Shown here piece after piece: positions 1 through 10,464 of a stretch of DNA of 64,000 bases. The stretch comes from Rebecca billardiae RCC1528 (taxonomy: Eukaryota; Protista; Haptophyta), in NCBI GenBank assembly GCA_965240325.2, contig OZ251251.1, forward strand, positions 558,001-622,000, written 5' to 3'. Position numbers and translations under genes: made by a program. How positions within the stretch are numbered: the first letter of the stretch is position 1; the number at the start of each line of letters is the position of its first letter. Under the pieces are notes generated by a model. The model saw only the letters and a list, made by a program, of their open reading frames with translations, was not told the origin of the DNA and did not search any database.

Positions 1-1
1 C

Positions 2-229
2 CCCTCCTTCCCCGCGGCCGACAACGCGCGCCGCGCGGCGCTGTCGCTCGCGGTGATCACCACCGACTACTCGCTCATGCTCGTGGTGATGACGCTCAAC
101 GTCGGCTACTTCTGCTCGGTGGTCGCCGGGCACGCGCTCGCGACATTCTGCCTGGGCCACATGTTCATCACGCCCGGCATCGGTGCGAGCAACGCGCTCA
201 TCGAGCACAACCTGCCGTGCTGCGAATGA
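2..229 (+). CDS. 3' end of a Ctr-family copper transporter (5' part outside window)
   Basis: Frame 2 reads ...DYSLMLVVMTLNVGYFCSVVAGHALATFCLG...LPCCE* (TGA 227-229). It has the MxxxM TM motif, a following TM and a C-terminal CC, as in Ctr proteins. Not in the ORF track. Confidence 0.85.
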   Translation, partial: PSFPAADNARRAALSLAVITTDYSLMLVVMTLNVGYFCSVVAGHALATFCLGHMFITPGIGASNALIEHNLPCCE

Positions 230-810
230 CACGGGCGGGGACAGGCTGGCGCACAACCTGTGCGGGGGACGGGTGTGCGGCCGTGGCTGCTGAGGCGAGG
301 ACTCGGTGGCGTACTGCGAGTGCAGCGGGTCTTGGATAGGCGGGCGCATGGTGGTGGCACCAGCGGCGCTGCGCAGAGCAACGCATGCAACCAGTGTGCA
401 GCAGCGGGAAGGCGTGCGCGTCCGCGCGCCCCGTCTCGCCGGTCACCGTGACCAGTGAGTACTCCGCGCCGCCCGCACGGCTGGACTGAAGTCACGACGG
501 CCTTATTCGACCATACACCAGTGCCGGGTGAACATTGAAGCTGCCTCAGATGCTGCGGCACGCCACGCTACTCAAAAGCAGCGTGCGCAGCACCCGCGTT
601 GTCAGCAGCACTGCGCAGTGCATTCTGTCACTCATCTACGGTGCGGCTTCACATCGAGAGGAAACATTGCGACAGCACTGGCACGTCATCGTCCCGCCGC
701 CGAGCGACCCCCCGCACGCCAGGGCACAGTCGTTTTCTACGACTTTTCTTTTCAACGGCCGCCCGGTACAGATCTACGATCGGGACGACGAAGCCGCGCG
801 GAACCCGCCG

Positions 811-2016
811 ATGGCGATGGGTCGGCACACGCCGCGCTGCAACGCGTTCCCGTCGTCCTGGACCCTGCACGTGCGGCCGAACCTGCAGCGGCGCCGATGG
901 AAGCACGCCGAGGCGCAGCGCGCGGCGGGCCTCGGCAGCGCCATCTCCTTCGGCGCCTCCACCGAGCGCCGCCTCGAGACGCTCGCGGTCTTCACGTTCT
1001 CGCTCTACCTGCTGCTGCCGCTCATCGCGCTGTGCTGGAGCGGCGCGGTGTTCGCGCTGCTCGACGCGCGCGTGCTACCGGTGGTGCTGACGTACCTCGT
1101 CTGGGTCTTCCTCTTTGACACCTCGCCGACCGACGGCTCGCGCCGCGCGGTCCTGCGCGGGCGCGGCGCCGCCGGCAACTGGTGGCGCCGGTACTGTGAC
1201 TACTTCCCAGTCACCCTGGTGAAGACGGCGGCGCTCGATCCGAACGGGCGGTACGTGGTCGGCTTCCACCCGCACGGCGTCATCTCCATCGGCGCGTTCG
1301 CCTGCTTCGCGACCAACGGCGCGCGCACGCTCGACCTCACGCTCGGCGAGGGCACGGCGCGGCTCGACCGGCGCGGCCCGCTCGCCCTCTTCCCCGGCGT
1401 CGAGTTCAAGCTGCTCACGCTCGCGATGAACTTCCTCGTGCCGTTCGCGCGCGAGTACATCCTCTGGCTCGGCTGCCTCAACGCGTCGAAGCGCACCTTC
1501 CGCAGCGCGCTCGCCGCCGGCCCGCCCGGCCGCGCCCTCGTCATCGTGCCCGGCGGCGCGGCCGAGTCGATGGAGGTCGAGCCTGGCGCCATCTCCCTCG
1601 TGCTCAAGAACCGGAAGGGCTTTGTGCGCGAGGCCGTGCTCGCGCGCGCGGCGCTGGTGCCGTGCCTCGCGTTCGGCGAGACCTCCCTGTACAACGTGTA
1701 CCACCCGGCGCCCGGCTCGTGGCTGCACTGGCTGCAGGATGGCGTCTACAAGCGCACGCACGTCGGCATGCCGCTCTTCAGCGGCCGCTCCATCTTCTAC
1801 AAGGACGCCGGGCTGATGCCGTGCCGCCGGCCCATCGTCGTCGTCGTGGGCGCGCCGCTCGCGCCCCCGCCGCCCGCCGGCGACCTGCGCGGCGCCGTCG
1901 ATGCGCTGCACGCCCAGTACGTCGCGGCGCTGCAGGAGCTGTACAACCGGCACAAGGACGCGCCATGGAACGTGCCCTCCCTACAGCGCACAGGCTCCTT
2001 CCGCCTCGTGCGCTGA
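811..2016 (+). CDS. DGAT2: Diacylglycerol acyltransferase type 2 (DAGAT family)
   Basis: Motifs YFP, FHPHG, PGGAAE, RKGFVR, AFGE, P..VVVG.P and LH..Y...L..LY..HK, plus an N-terminal hydrophobic TM pair. Start uncertain (in-frame ATGs at 550, 811, 817). Confidence 0.92.
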   Translation: MAMGRHTPRCNAFPSSWTLHVRPNLQRRRWKHAEAQRAAGLGSAISFGASTERRLETLAVFTFSLYLLLPLIALCWSGAVFALLDARVLPVVLTYLVWVFLFDTSPTDGSRRAVLRGRGAAGNWWRRYCDYFPVTLVKTAALDPNGRYVVGFHPHGVISIGAFACFATNGARTLDLTLGEGTARLDRRGPLALFPGVEFKLLTLAMNFLVPFAREYILWLGCLNASKRTFRSALAAGPPGRALVIVPGGAAESMEVEPGAISLVLKNRKGFVREAVLARAALVPCLAFGETSLYNVYHPAPGSWLHWLQDGVYKRTHVGMPLFSGRSIFYKDAGLMPCRRPIVVVVGAPLAPPPPAGDLRGAVDALHAQYVAALQELYNRHKDAPWNVPSLQRTGSFRLVR

Positions 2017-2340
2017 CGCATGGCTCGGCCGGTGCCGCCTCAACCACCGTCCGTACTTCGTCGGAAACGGTGCTGATGACGACCGTCGTCACTCGTCAGC
2101 ACCGAGACTCGCCGGCCCCGCGGGACCGCCCGGACGGCGGACCGTCCGTCCGTCTGCGCCGATGAGTGGCGACGTGCGCGCCAGACGAGCCTATTTGCTG
2201 CGCGCGCTATCGTAGTCGTCGTCACATTATTATTGTCATATATCAGCTAGCACACCACGCGCGTACTACCATAGCAGCATCAGCAGTGTGTAAGGCACAT
2301 ACAGCCACGACCCGTAGTTTACAGTCGTGACGATGATTCG

Positions 2341-3423
2341 TCATCGACGACGCGCCATCGGCCGAGCAGCCGTCGCCGAGGGCGAGAGAGCAGGCCGCGC
2401 GGCGGCAGGAGGCTCGTCAGGTAGGAACCCAGTTTGGTACTTCCTCACGAATGCGCGCCCATTGCAAAGCTCGGGGCCATCGACCTCGGGCTTGCCGACG
2501 GCAAAGAAGCGACCCAGCTTCTCGACGCTCGCGCGCTTGTGCTTCCGCGCCTCCCGTTTGAGCAGCTTGCTCAGCGCGTACTCGGCGGCCAGCTTCGTCC
2601 AAGGTGCCGCGCTGCTGCCGTTGCCCCAGCCGTGCAGGAAGTTGCTCGGCAGCTGCTCGAGTTGGTGGAGAACCTCGGGCGTCCCGAGGAAGAGGCGGTC
2701 TTCAACTAGGTGCTTGCTCACCTTCGTACCCGAGCGCACGCCAACGACCGTCGCCTCCCGCAGTGCCTCGTACCAAGAGGCGTTGGGCGTGCCCGCCGTC
2801 GCAGCGGCCGGCTCATGCGTGCGCACGAGGCCGCTGAAGAAGAAGTCGATGCGGCTCACGACGATCACGTCGTACGCATGGCCAGCGGCGGTGGCGCGCT
2901 CCCTCGCGGCGGCGAGGGCGCGGGCGACAGTCGTGTAGAAGCTGTACGTCCGATGCGGGTAGATCGGACGTGCACGCGTCGCGCTGTTGGCATACACCTT
3001 CCACGCGAGGCCAGCAGCCAAGGTCCTGTTCGCGTATGCCGCGAGTGAGTACGGCTGCAGGTCGACGTGCGCAAAGTCGAAGCCACCCTCGTCGACAAGG
3101 AGGGACGCAAGGGACGTCGCGTTGACCCACGCGCATGGCTGATCCTCAAAATGCTGTGTGGACATGGCGACGAACGCGTCGTACGCGACGCGCACACTTG
3201 CCGACCACGTCGGCGGGAGGACGGAGTGCACGCCGCGCGAGATGGTGTGGTCACACGTGCGCAGGAATTGCCCGACGAACAGGACGGCGACACGGCGCGG
3301 AGGCACGCTTACCCTGTCGCAGCCGCGCTCGCGTCGGCGCTGTGCGCTCTGTGCCGGCCCGGCCACCGCGTCTGGCGGGCATCCTCGGCGCTTCTTCAGC
3401 TGCCTCCTGGCCGCCATGCTCAT
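2341..3423 (-). CDS. Hypothetical glycosyltransferase-like protein
   Basis: RVAVLFVGQFLR...YDAFVA...YDVIVVSRIDFFF...EDRLFLG resembles the 'VAVC.SGQ.R / YD.V.R.R.D' GT-like proteins common in algae and large DNA viruses. Coding-like GC3. Confidence 0.55.
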   Translation of the reverse strand: MSMAARRQLKKRRGCPPDAVAGPAQSAQRRRERGCDRVSVPPRRVAVLFVGQFLRTCDHTISRGVHSVLPPTWSASVRVAYDAFVAMSTQHFEDQPCAWVNATSLASLLVDEGGFDFAHVDLQPYSLAAYANRTLAAGLAWKVYANSATRARPIYPHRTYSFYTTVARALAAARERATAAGHAYDVIVVSRIDFFFSGLVRTHEPAAATAGTPNASWYEALREATVVGVRSGTKVSKHLVEDRLFLGTPEVLHQLEQLPSNFLHGWGNGSSAAPWTKLAAEYALSKLLKREARKHKRASVEKLGRFFAVGKPEVDGPELCNGRAFVRKYQTGFLPDEPPAAARPALSPSATAARPMARRR

Positions 3424-3843
3424 GAGTGCTGATTATTGTGTATGCTTCATCTTGGATCAGTGCTGCATGTACCCATATGAGGGTAACTCAGAAAAGTCGT
3501 CGGCTTCAAATCGGATGACGTGTGGGCGCTCAGGGAAAATGGACCGCCCATTCTATGATTTAACGACACAGGTAGGACGGCGCAGGTCTCCTTAGATTCG
3601 TCGTCGGCAGTAGAGCATAGCCTGAACCGCGGACCGTGCAACTTCCTTCCCGGACTCTAGTGGAGTTTATTTCTGAAAAACGTATGTCGTGTCGTACTAC
3701 AGTATTTCATAGAAGGCAGAAAAATGCTTCAGCGTCGCTGAACGCCGCCTGTTGCGACCGTACCTGGCGCCACAGTGGAGGCTGGGGGGGGCGACACGCA
3801 CGCGCCTGGTTTTGACACTGATGGCAGTGACGTGGAAGACGCG

Positions 3844-4255
3844 ATGGAAGTCAGTCCTCTGGGCGCGTTGGGCATGCCGAGGGCGGCCGACTTGCCCGGT
3901 GGTGCCATGAAGCTCTACATCTACAAGCATCGTGAGGACTGGCCATATCCTGACGAGCTGATCGACGACCTGCTTCTGGACGCAGTTGCTTTCGTACACA
4001 TGCGCGATTAATTACAACTTGTTCGAGAACCATCCGCTCCTTGGTGGCTATCGCCGCTACGTCATCATTCATGGCCGTCTCGTGCACAAAGGTGATGGGT
4101 GGGTTCAGCCAGACCGGTCGGCGTCTGCAATTCTCTTTGAGCTGGATACCTCCACTACACATCCACTCCTCGATCCTGACCAGGTGCAGGGCTGCATACA
4201 GTGGTCCTTCCTTCGTGCCATTCACGTCGCATGCCTGCAGTTGCGCTCCCCATGA
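3844..4255 (+). pseudogene. Frameshifted ORF of unknown function in a lower-GC island
   Basis: MEVSP...MKLYIYKHREDWPYPDELIDDLLLDAVAFVHMRD* joins NYNLFENHPLLGGYRRYVIIHG...* if one T is removed at ~4009 (gattaattac). Confidence 0.4.
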
Positions 4256-5755
4256 CCGCACGTCCGTTCCATCATTCATCCCCGTGCTCGTCATGATCGG
4301 TCATGTGCGGACACTGGTTGGCGGCAGCTCCCAGCATTGCATCGTCTGAGAAGATTTTCGATCTTTTGGCGCGGATATTTTCCTTTCTTTAGGCGGAAAT
4401 GGCTTGGCTCAATCGGTTCTATCCTTTTTTTTGACAAATATGCTTAATTCTTTTAGCTTGGGTATATCTCCGGGCGAATCTCTGCTCAGAGTCAGAGTAA
4501 CCAGCCAACGGGCGTGCAGTGGAATTTCGGCTACTCCGAACTTTACCCAGAAAAAAGTCGGGCCCGGATGGCCGGTGGCGTCCGCTTACATGAGGCATAA
4601 GCCATATCCGATATATCGGATAATTACACTAATCGGTTATGATGAGCTTATTATTATCATATATATATATATAGCTATGTAACTACTCTTATTATTATAT
4701 ATATATATTATATTATAGGACATAGGTTACGACCAATATCGTAGTTAGATAAGCGCTGTCGTTCGCCACCGCGGCCACGGCGATCGCTCGCGGCGAGCCC
4801 TTGAATGCCCATAATTGGTCGCGGGCGTCCGCCAGCGGCCTCAGAACGCAGTCGGCGGACGCTGTCAGGGGCGTGCAGGGACGGGCGCCTGGGCACCACC
4901 CGGCGCCATCATATTCATTGCCGGCCCCCGGAGGGCGGTTTTTGGCGCGCTCAGAAGCGGTATAGTGACAGCAGCCGGATATTTCAGCATGGCGGTCGCC
5001 TCGGCTGGCGGAGCTGTCGCCCACCGGACGGCGTGCACGAGGCTAAACAGACGAGCGGATTTTGCGGTGATTGATGGCCGTGCTGTGAGCCAGCCCTGCC
5101 GAAGGTAGGGGCCGCCCTGTGAACGTGCAGAGCCGTCAGCGACCCCGTTGTGAGCGTGTGCACGCGTGCATTGCGCCCGCGGCGACCGTACTTATCATAT
5201 GGACGTAGTTATTATATACTATATACATCATGTATCATATCCGGGTCAGTATGGCTAATGGTCAGTACCGTGAGTACGCGTACAGTACGGGCGTGTGCCG
5301 CGCGCGCGCGCGCGGCGACAGGCCGCCACACGGGGGGTGACGTCGCGGGTATAGTGGGAATAAGACGAGGTCGTCCATCGGCCCTGCCGTTATTCCTGTC
5401 GGGCTGTCCGGGATCTGGCGCCCGGATCAGTTGTTTGCAGCGACTACTACTTACCGTGTCCGAGTACTTACTCACTACGATGTCGATCGATGACGCTGGA
5501 ACAGCATGCCGAGCCGCGGTTCGATCGTCTCAGCTTCATCGGTGAGCATGATGCATCATTCGAGAGCGTCTGCAGCAGGAGTAAACGCTATCAGTACCGC
5601 GTGCTGACTTGTACTTATCTAGCTGCATAAGGAGCTCATCAATCATCATGGTCGTAATTACTAATTAGGTAGGCTCGTCATTGCGGGTAGGTCGTGCTGT
5701 CGCGGTAATCGGCGGGGCTGCTCATCGGCCTTGCCAGGCTGGTCGAAGACGAGCG

Positions 5756-6598
5756 TCACATGCACGCGTGCACCACGTTGGGCTTGAGCCACGCGTCCGC
5801 GTCCGCGCCGACCAACGCCTCGCCGAAGCACACGACCAGCAGCTCCGACCAGTGCAGGCACTCGTCGTCGTCCTTGTCGATGGCGATCAGCGAGTGCTGC
5901 CGCTCGTCGTCGGCAATCGGCACGATCAGCCGCCCGCCCGGGCGCAGCGCGTTGACCAGTGCCTCGGGCACACCTGACGTCACCGTACCCACGTGAATGG
6001 CGTCGTACAGAGGCCTGTCCTCCTCAAGTCGAAGCCCGTCGCCCACGCGCAGCGCGACGCGCGACGGTGCCGGGAGCTCGTGCTTGGCCATGTTGGCGCG
6101 CGCGAGCTGCACGAGCCCGCGCTTGCAGTCGATGCCATGCACCTCGCCGCGCTCACCCACCATGTGCGCCATCGCCGCGGCGAGGAAGCCCGAGCCGGTG
6201 CCGACGTCGAGCGCTCGCGCGCCGTCAACGAGGTGTTCGCGAAGGTGCATCAGCGCATGCGCGTGCACACGCGGCGCGGCGATGACCTGCGAGAAGCCGA
6301 TAGGCCGAGGCTCGTCTGCGTACGCATATGCATCGACCGACCAGTACTTTGACCCACCGCCCGGGCGCAGCTCGGAGACGTAGTGCGCGCGGTCGACCCT
6401 GCGCATCGCCGCCTCGACTCGCGGGTCAGCGATCACTCCGCCCTCGACGAGCTGCGTGACGAGGTGGTCGTGCGAGCGGGGCGGGTTGCGCGGAGCGAGG
6501 CTGTGCTGGAGTGGCGTAGGCGTCTTGAACGCGGATGACCCGCAGACGAGCAGCGCGATGAGGAGGAGCACGTGCGCGCGCGTGCTCGAGCGATACAT
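5756..6598 (-). CDS. Protein-L-isoaspartate O-methyltransferase (PCMT/PIMT) family protein with N-terminal signal peptide
   Basis: LVTQL...VEAAMRRVDRAHYV, AYADEPRPIG, ALDVGTGSGFL, VGDG, YDAIHVG, LRPGGRLIVPI. ATG 6598 gives MYRSSTRAHVLLLIALLVCGSSAF. Confidence 0.88.
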   Translation of the reverse strand: MYRSSTRAHVLLLIALLVCGSSAFKTPTPLQHSLAPRNPPRSHDHLVTQLVEGGVIADPRVEAAMRRVDRAHYVSELRPGGGSKYWSVDAYAYADEPRPIGFSQVIAAPRVHAHALMHLREHLVDGARALDVGTGSGFLAAAMAHMVGERGEVHGIDCKRGLVQLARANMAKHELPAPSRVALRVGDGLRLEEDRPLYDAIHVGTVTSGVPEALVNALRPGGRLIVPIADDERQHSLIAIDKDDDECLHWSELLVVCFGEALVGADADAWLKPNVVHACM

Positions 6599-7366
6599 TC
6601 TGGGCGAAGCGCCGGAAGACGGGCGAGGTGGACGGGCGGGTTGTTGCGGCGATGATGGCGATCCTGGGTCAATCTGAGATCTCACGCTCAATCTCACACG
6701 CGAGCGCCCCGTAATTACGCGGCCAGGGCGGCGTGCGAAACGGGAAAACGAACTGCCGAAGAGACTGGACGCACGAATGCGGCTCAGCACAAGTTGATTG
6801 TGCAAAGTGTGCAGTCATCAGGGGTATTTTTTGGTCTTTTGGTGGAGTGCTGATGAACGACTTGTGGTCGTCGCTTTTGAGGGACGAGACTGGCGGATCG
6901 AGTTCATCACTGATTGTTTGATTGGAGTTCAGGGTTTATTGCGATTCGCCGGCTGTATGAAACGACGACGGCCGGCGTCCGCTGGGTAGAAAACTGAGAC
7001 TCATGAACGTTTCCGGATTTCGTTCTCCGTGCGCGCGGCGCCCACGGCCACTGTCACGCACAACTTCTGATCCGGACCACAGGCGCTTGTCGTCTGACTC
7101 GGCGCGAACCCATGCGGCCTGTGATGCGAGAGTGAGACGGTCGGGCTGGCAGTGGCGACGCGCGGTCGGGTCATTGTCACGTTATCCCGGGTCGCCGTTC
7201 CGGACTTAGTCAGTCACTCACCGAGTCGCCGTCTAAGCCCCGAAGGCGGCGCTCGAGTGCAGACACAGGTCCGCTCCACCTCGTGCCAAGCACCACGGGC
7301 CGATGCATCGCCGCGGGCTGCCATGAGCCCGCGGCAGGCCCGCCCCCGCTAAGCAGCTCGGCGCTG

Positions 7367-8341
7367 CTAGCTGCCCGCGCGTGGCGCGCGCTCGTTCGTG
7401 CAGTGGATCACATAGCGCGGCAGCGCGAGCGCCGGGTCGTAAATACAAAACTCGTCGACGCGCACGGCCTTACCCGCGGGCGCGTGGACCGAGCTGTACG
7501 CGCGCCGATTCAAGAACGACCCCCGCCTAAGCTCGGGCGCACCCGGCTCGAGCTTCCCCGCCGGGTGCTTGGCCTTGAGGCTGCGCCCAAGCGCCACATC
7601 GCACAGCAACAGAATCCCGGCGCCTTGCCCAAAGCTCACGGAGTAGTTCCACGACTTGAGCGGGCTCTGCGCGAAGTAGCAGCCCTTGCCGAACATGCCC
7701 CGGCGACCGAGCTTGAACCCGCTGCGCGTGATGGCGCGCGCGTTGCGCATCGACGTGCCGTGGAACAGCTGCTGCACGTTGGCGGAACGGCGGTGCGAGC
7801 CAGCGCCCACTGCCGGCCGCGCGTTGGCCGCGGAGGGCATCAGCGACTCGAGCATGCCGCTCAGGCCGCCCGCGCTGGGGATCTCGCTCACGGACTGTGC
7901 AAAGCGCGCCTCGAGCTCCTCGTTGCGCACTCGGTACACTGCGAGCACGTGCAGCCGACGGTTGTACACCGATTCCGTCTTCTGCGCCGAGATGGCAACG
8001 TGATTGACGATGCGGTCGAATTCAGCGCTGCCTATGGGCACCGCCTCGAGCTGCTGCCACGTCTTGAGGCTGATGTGCTGGCGCTTCTTTGCAAACACCC
8101 GCCGCGCGGCGTTTGTCGCGCTCGCCACGCCGAGCGCGACCAAGCCTCCCGCACCCACCACGATTGCGAGCGGGAGGCTCACGACCACACCGACCGCGAG
8201 CAGCGCTGTGCCCATCGCCGCGCCCAGAGCCCTCCTCGACGCGCTCGCGCGCTTTGGTGTTCCTGTGTTGGCCTTGCCGGCCTTGGCCTCCACGCGGACG
8301 CCATGCTTGCCCTGCGGGCCGAAGCGCACAGGCAGTTGCAT
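7367..8341 (-). CDS. PARP-like ADP-ribosyltransferase with N-terminal hydrophobic (TM) segment
   Basis: LFHGT, GMFGKGCYFA, KSWNYS, LLCDVALG, YSSV, DEFCIYD..ALPRYVI give an intact H-Y-E triad. Hydrophobic stretch ALGAAMG...LVALGVASA at about residues 40-75. Confidence 0.85.
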   Translation of the reverse strand: MQLPVRFGPQGKHGVRVEAKAGKANTGTPKRASASRRALGAAMGTALLAVGVVVSLPLAIVVGAGGLVALGVASATNAARRVFAKKRQHISLKTWQQLEAVPIGSAEFDRIVNHVAISAQKTESVYNRRLHVLAVYRVRNEELEARFAQSVSEIPSAGGLSGMLESLMPSAANARPAVGAGSHRRSANVQQLFHGTSMRNARAITRSGFKLGRRGMFGKGCYFAQSPLKSWNYSVSFGQGAGILLLCDVALGRSLKAKHPAGKLEPGAPELRRGSFLNRRAYSSVHAPAGKAVRVDEFCIYDPALALPRYVIHCTNERAPRAGS

Positions 8342-9319
8342 GCGCGCTCGCGGCCGGCGGACGAGTCCTCCTCGGGCCGGTTGCGGCGTGTTCTAGGTAC
8401 TTTCTCATCTCTCCACCGCGCCCGCCCGGAGTGGTGCCTCGCAAGCCGGACTCCTTGGTCCCCGTCCACCGGCTCAGAACCGGATGGCGGACGGGCCCAA
8501 CGCCGCAGCTACGATGGCCCTTGGCCTGCCAAGCAGCCACCTGCGGCGCGAACGAGTGCGAGCTGCGAACGGCCGTGGACACACGGCCACTCCTCGCTCG
8601 TCTTACGGGCTGGTGGTGCACGTCTCGGCTTGGATGTGACTCGCCAGGAGCCCACACCCTGTGGATCGGGAGTGACTCACACGTCCGCCGCGAGAGCGCA
8701 TGCGCGCGGCGACTACCTACATCTTGGCTACCGCAACGCTTTGCAATGCAAGCCGGCATGCCGAGGCACAGACGATCGCATCCGGCGCCACGGCTGCGCG
8801 CAAACGCCTGCATGTGCTGCACATCATCTCACAGCTGCACGCTAATGATACTTATGAGAAGATTTAGTGGACTAGCAGAATTATACTTATGAATATATAT
8901 ATAAACCTAGTCAGCGGATTTATCAGAGGCAGTCCGTCCAACACTCCTGCTCACGCCAGTCGTTTAAATTCGTTCGCGAGGCCGAGTACCGAGTGCACGA
9001 GGCAACAACTCATGGCCATGCTGGCACGGCGCGGGCCGCTGGTCGATTGCTGAGTCATTCAGAGAGCTACTGACTTCATCAATCATACTGCGTCTGCGGC
9101 AGGCGAGGCGTTATTCGTATATATATATATATATGGTGTGTGCTGAGTGGCGTCGATCTGTGTCTGAACCTAACAGAGATCGGGTCGGACTTATCACGGG
9201 TGCCAGGAAGAGACCAGGTGACCGCTTGATGAAGCGGCTCGTTCAGGCCGGTAGTCGGGCACTTCGACGGGCCATGCTCAAATGGCGCGCCGAAGCTTGC
9301 ACAGTGCGCAGCGGCTCAT

Positions 9320-10103
9320 TCACGGCAAGGCGCGCGCATTCTTGTAGGCCGGGCCCAACTCGAGCGCCTCCTGAGCGATCTTGTGAACCTCTTCGAGAAG
9401 AACGATGACGCGTTGGCACGCGCTGCGCTTGGCATTGAGCACGTCCATGGCTTGTTGGTTCTCAGGATCGGCGAAGGCGCGCTTGTGCGAGCTGAGGCGG
9501 TCGTTGACCTGCGCGATCTTTGCGTCGATCTCAGTCGCCGTGGACGCCTTCACCGTGTTGAGCTGGGTCAGGCTTTCCGAGGCGTTGGCCTCGGCCTGTT
9601 GCATGCGCTCGAGCGCCTGCTGGGTTGCCTGGTAGCTCGAGTCGAGAAAGTTGGCGCTGATCGGGCCGGAAGGCGCATCGTGGTGAGCGGCGTCTGCATC
9701 GTGCTCCGCCTCCTCGCCAGTGTCTGCACGCGCGTGCTCAGTGGCATCCTGCTGCATGCGGCGCGCAATGGACACGGCGGGATGCCACCAGAGTGAATGC
9801 GCGCGCACTGGCGCAGCACGCACGCGCGTTCGCGGCGAGGCGCGCGCGCACCTTCTGGATGAACGGGAGCTCACTGTCGTCGCCGTTCTCGCCATCCTCG
9901 CGCAGGCTCTGCGCGTCACAATGCGCGCGTGGCTGGTTACGCTCGCTATCGCGCGGAGCCGCGACCGTACGATTGCGTTTGCGCGCGCGTGCACGCACAA
10001 AGACATCAATCGTGTCCGGCAAAGCAGCGCTGTTTTCCTGTGGCGAGCCATACGGCGACTGGCCGGGTGCGCGCTTGAGAGGCGAGTCGTCCAGCTGATC
10101 CAT
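9320..10103 (-). CDS. Three-exon gene for a ~196-aa protein with an acidic N-terminus and coiled-coil C-terminus
   Basis: Exons 10103-9999, 9908-9852 and ~9748-9320 join in frame via GTGCGT...CGCAG and GTGCGC...GCAG introns: MDQLDDSPLKR...IDVF/SLRED...FIQK/DATEH...ALP*. Confidence 0.65.
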
Positions 10104-10464
10104 GGCTCCCGGCGCAAGCTCCGTGCTCCGACGAGTGCGTGTGTCGCCGGCCAACGACTTGAGCTCGTACGCGCCTGAGCGGCGGACGCCTCGCTCACGA
10201 GACGCTCACAGCGCGGCAGCTCCCGGACTCACCGGACGGCTTCATAGTTCAATGTTCATTCTCGTCCGGATCGACAGAAATGCATCAGCGCGCAGATGTC
10301 AGTCACGGTAACGGCTACTGCCAGTACTGATTATTGATGACCGCGCGATTGCGTGCGGGACCATCCGGTATTCATCGGCGGCATGGCGATATAGCATCGT
10401 CACATCATCAGCAGCATCATCAGGCGCATGCATCAGCATCAGCATGCATCGTCGCAATCGTCGA

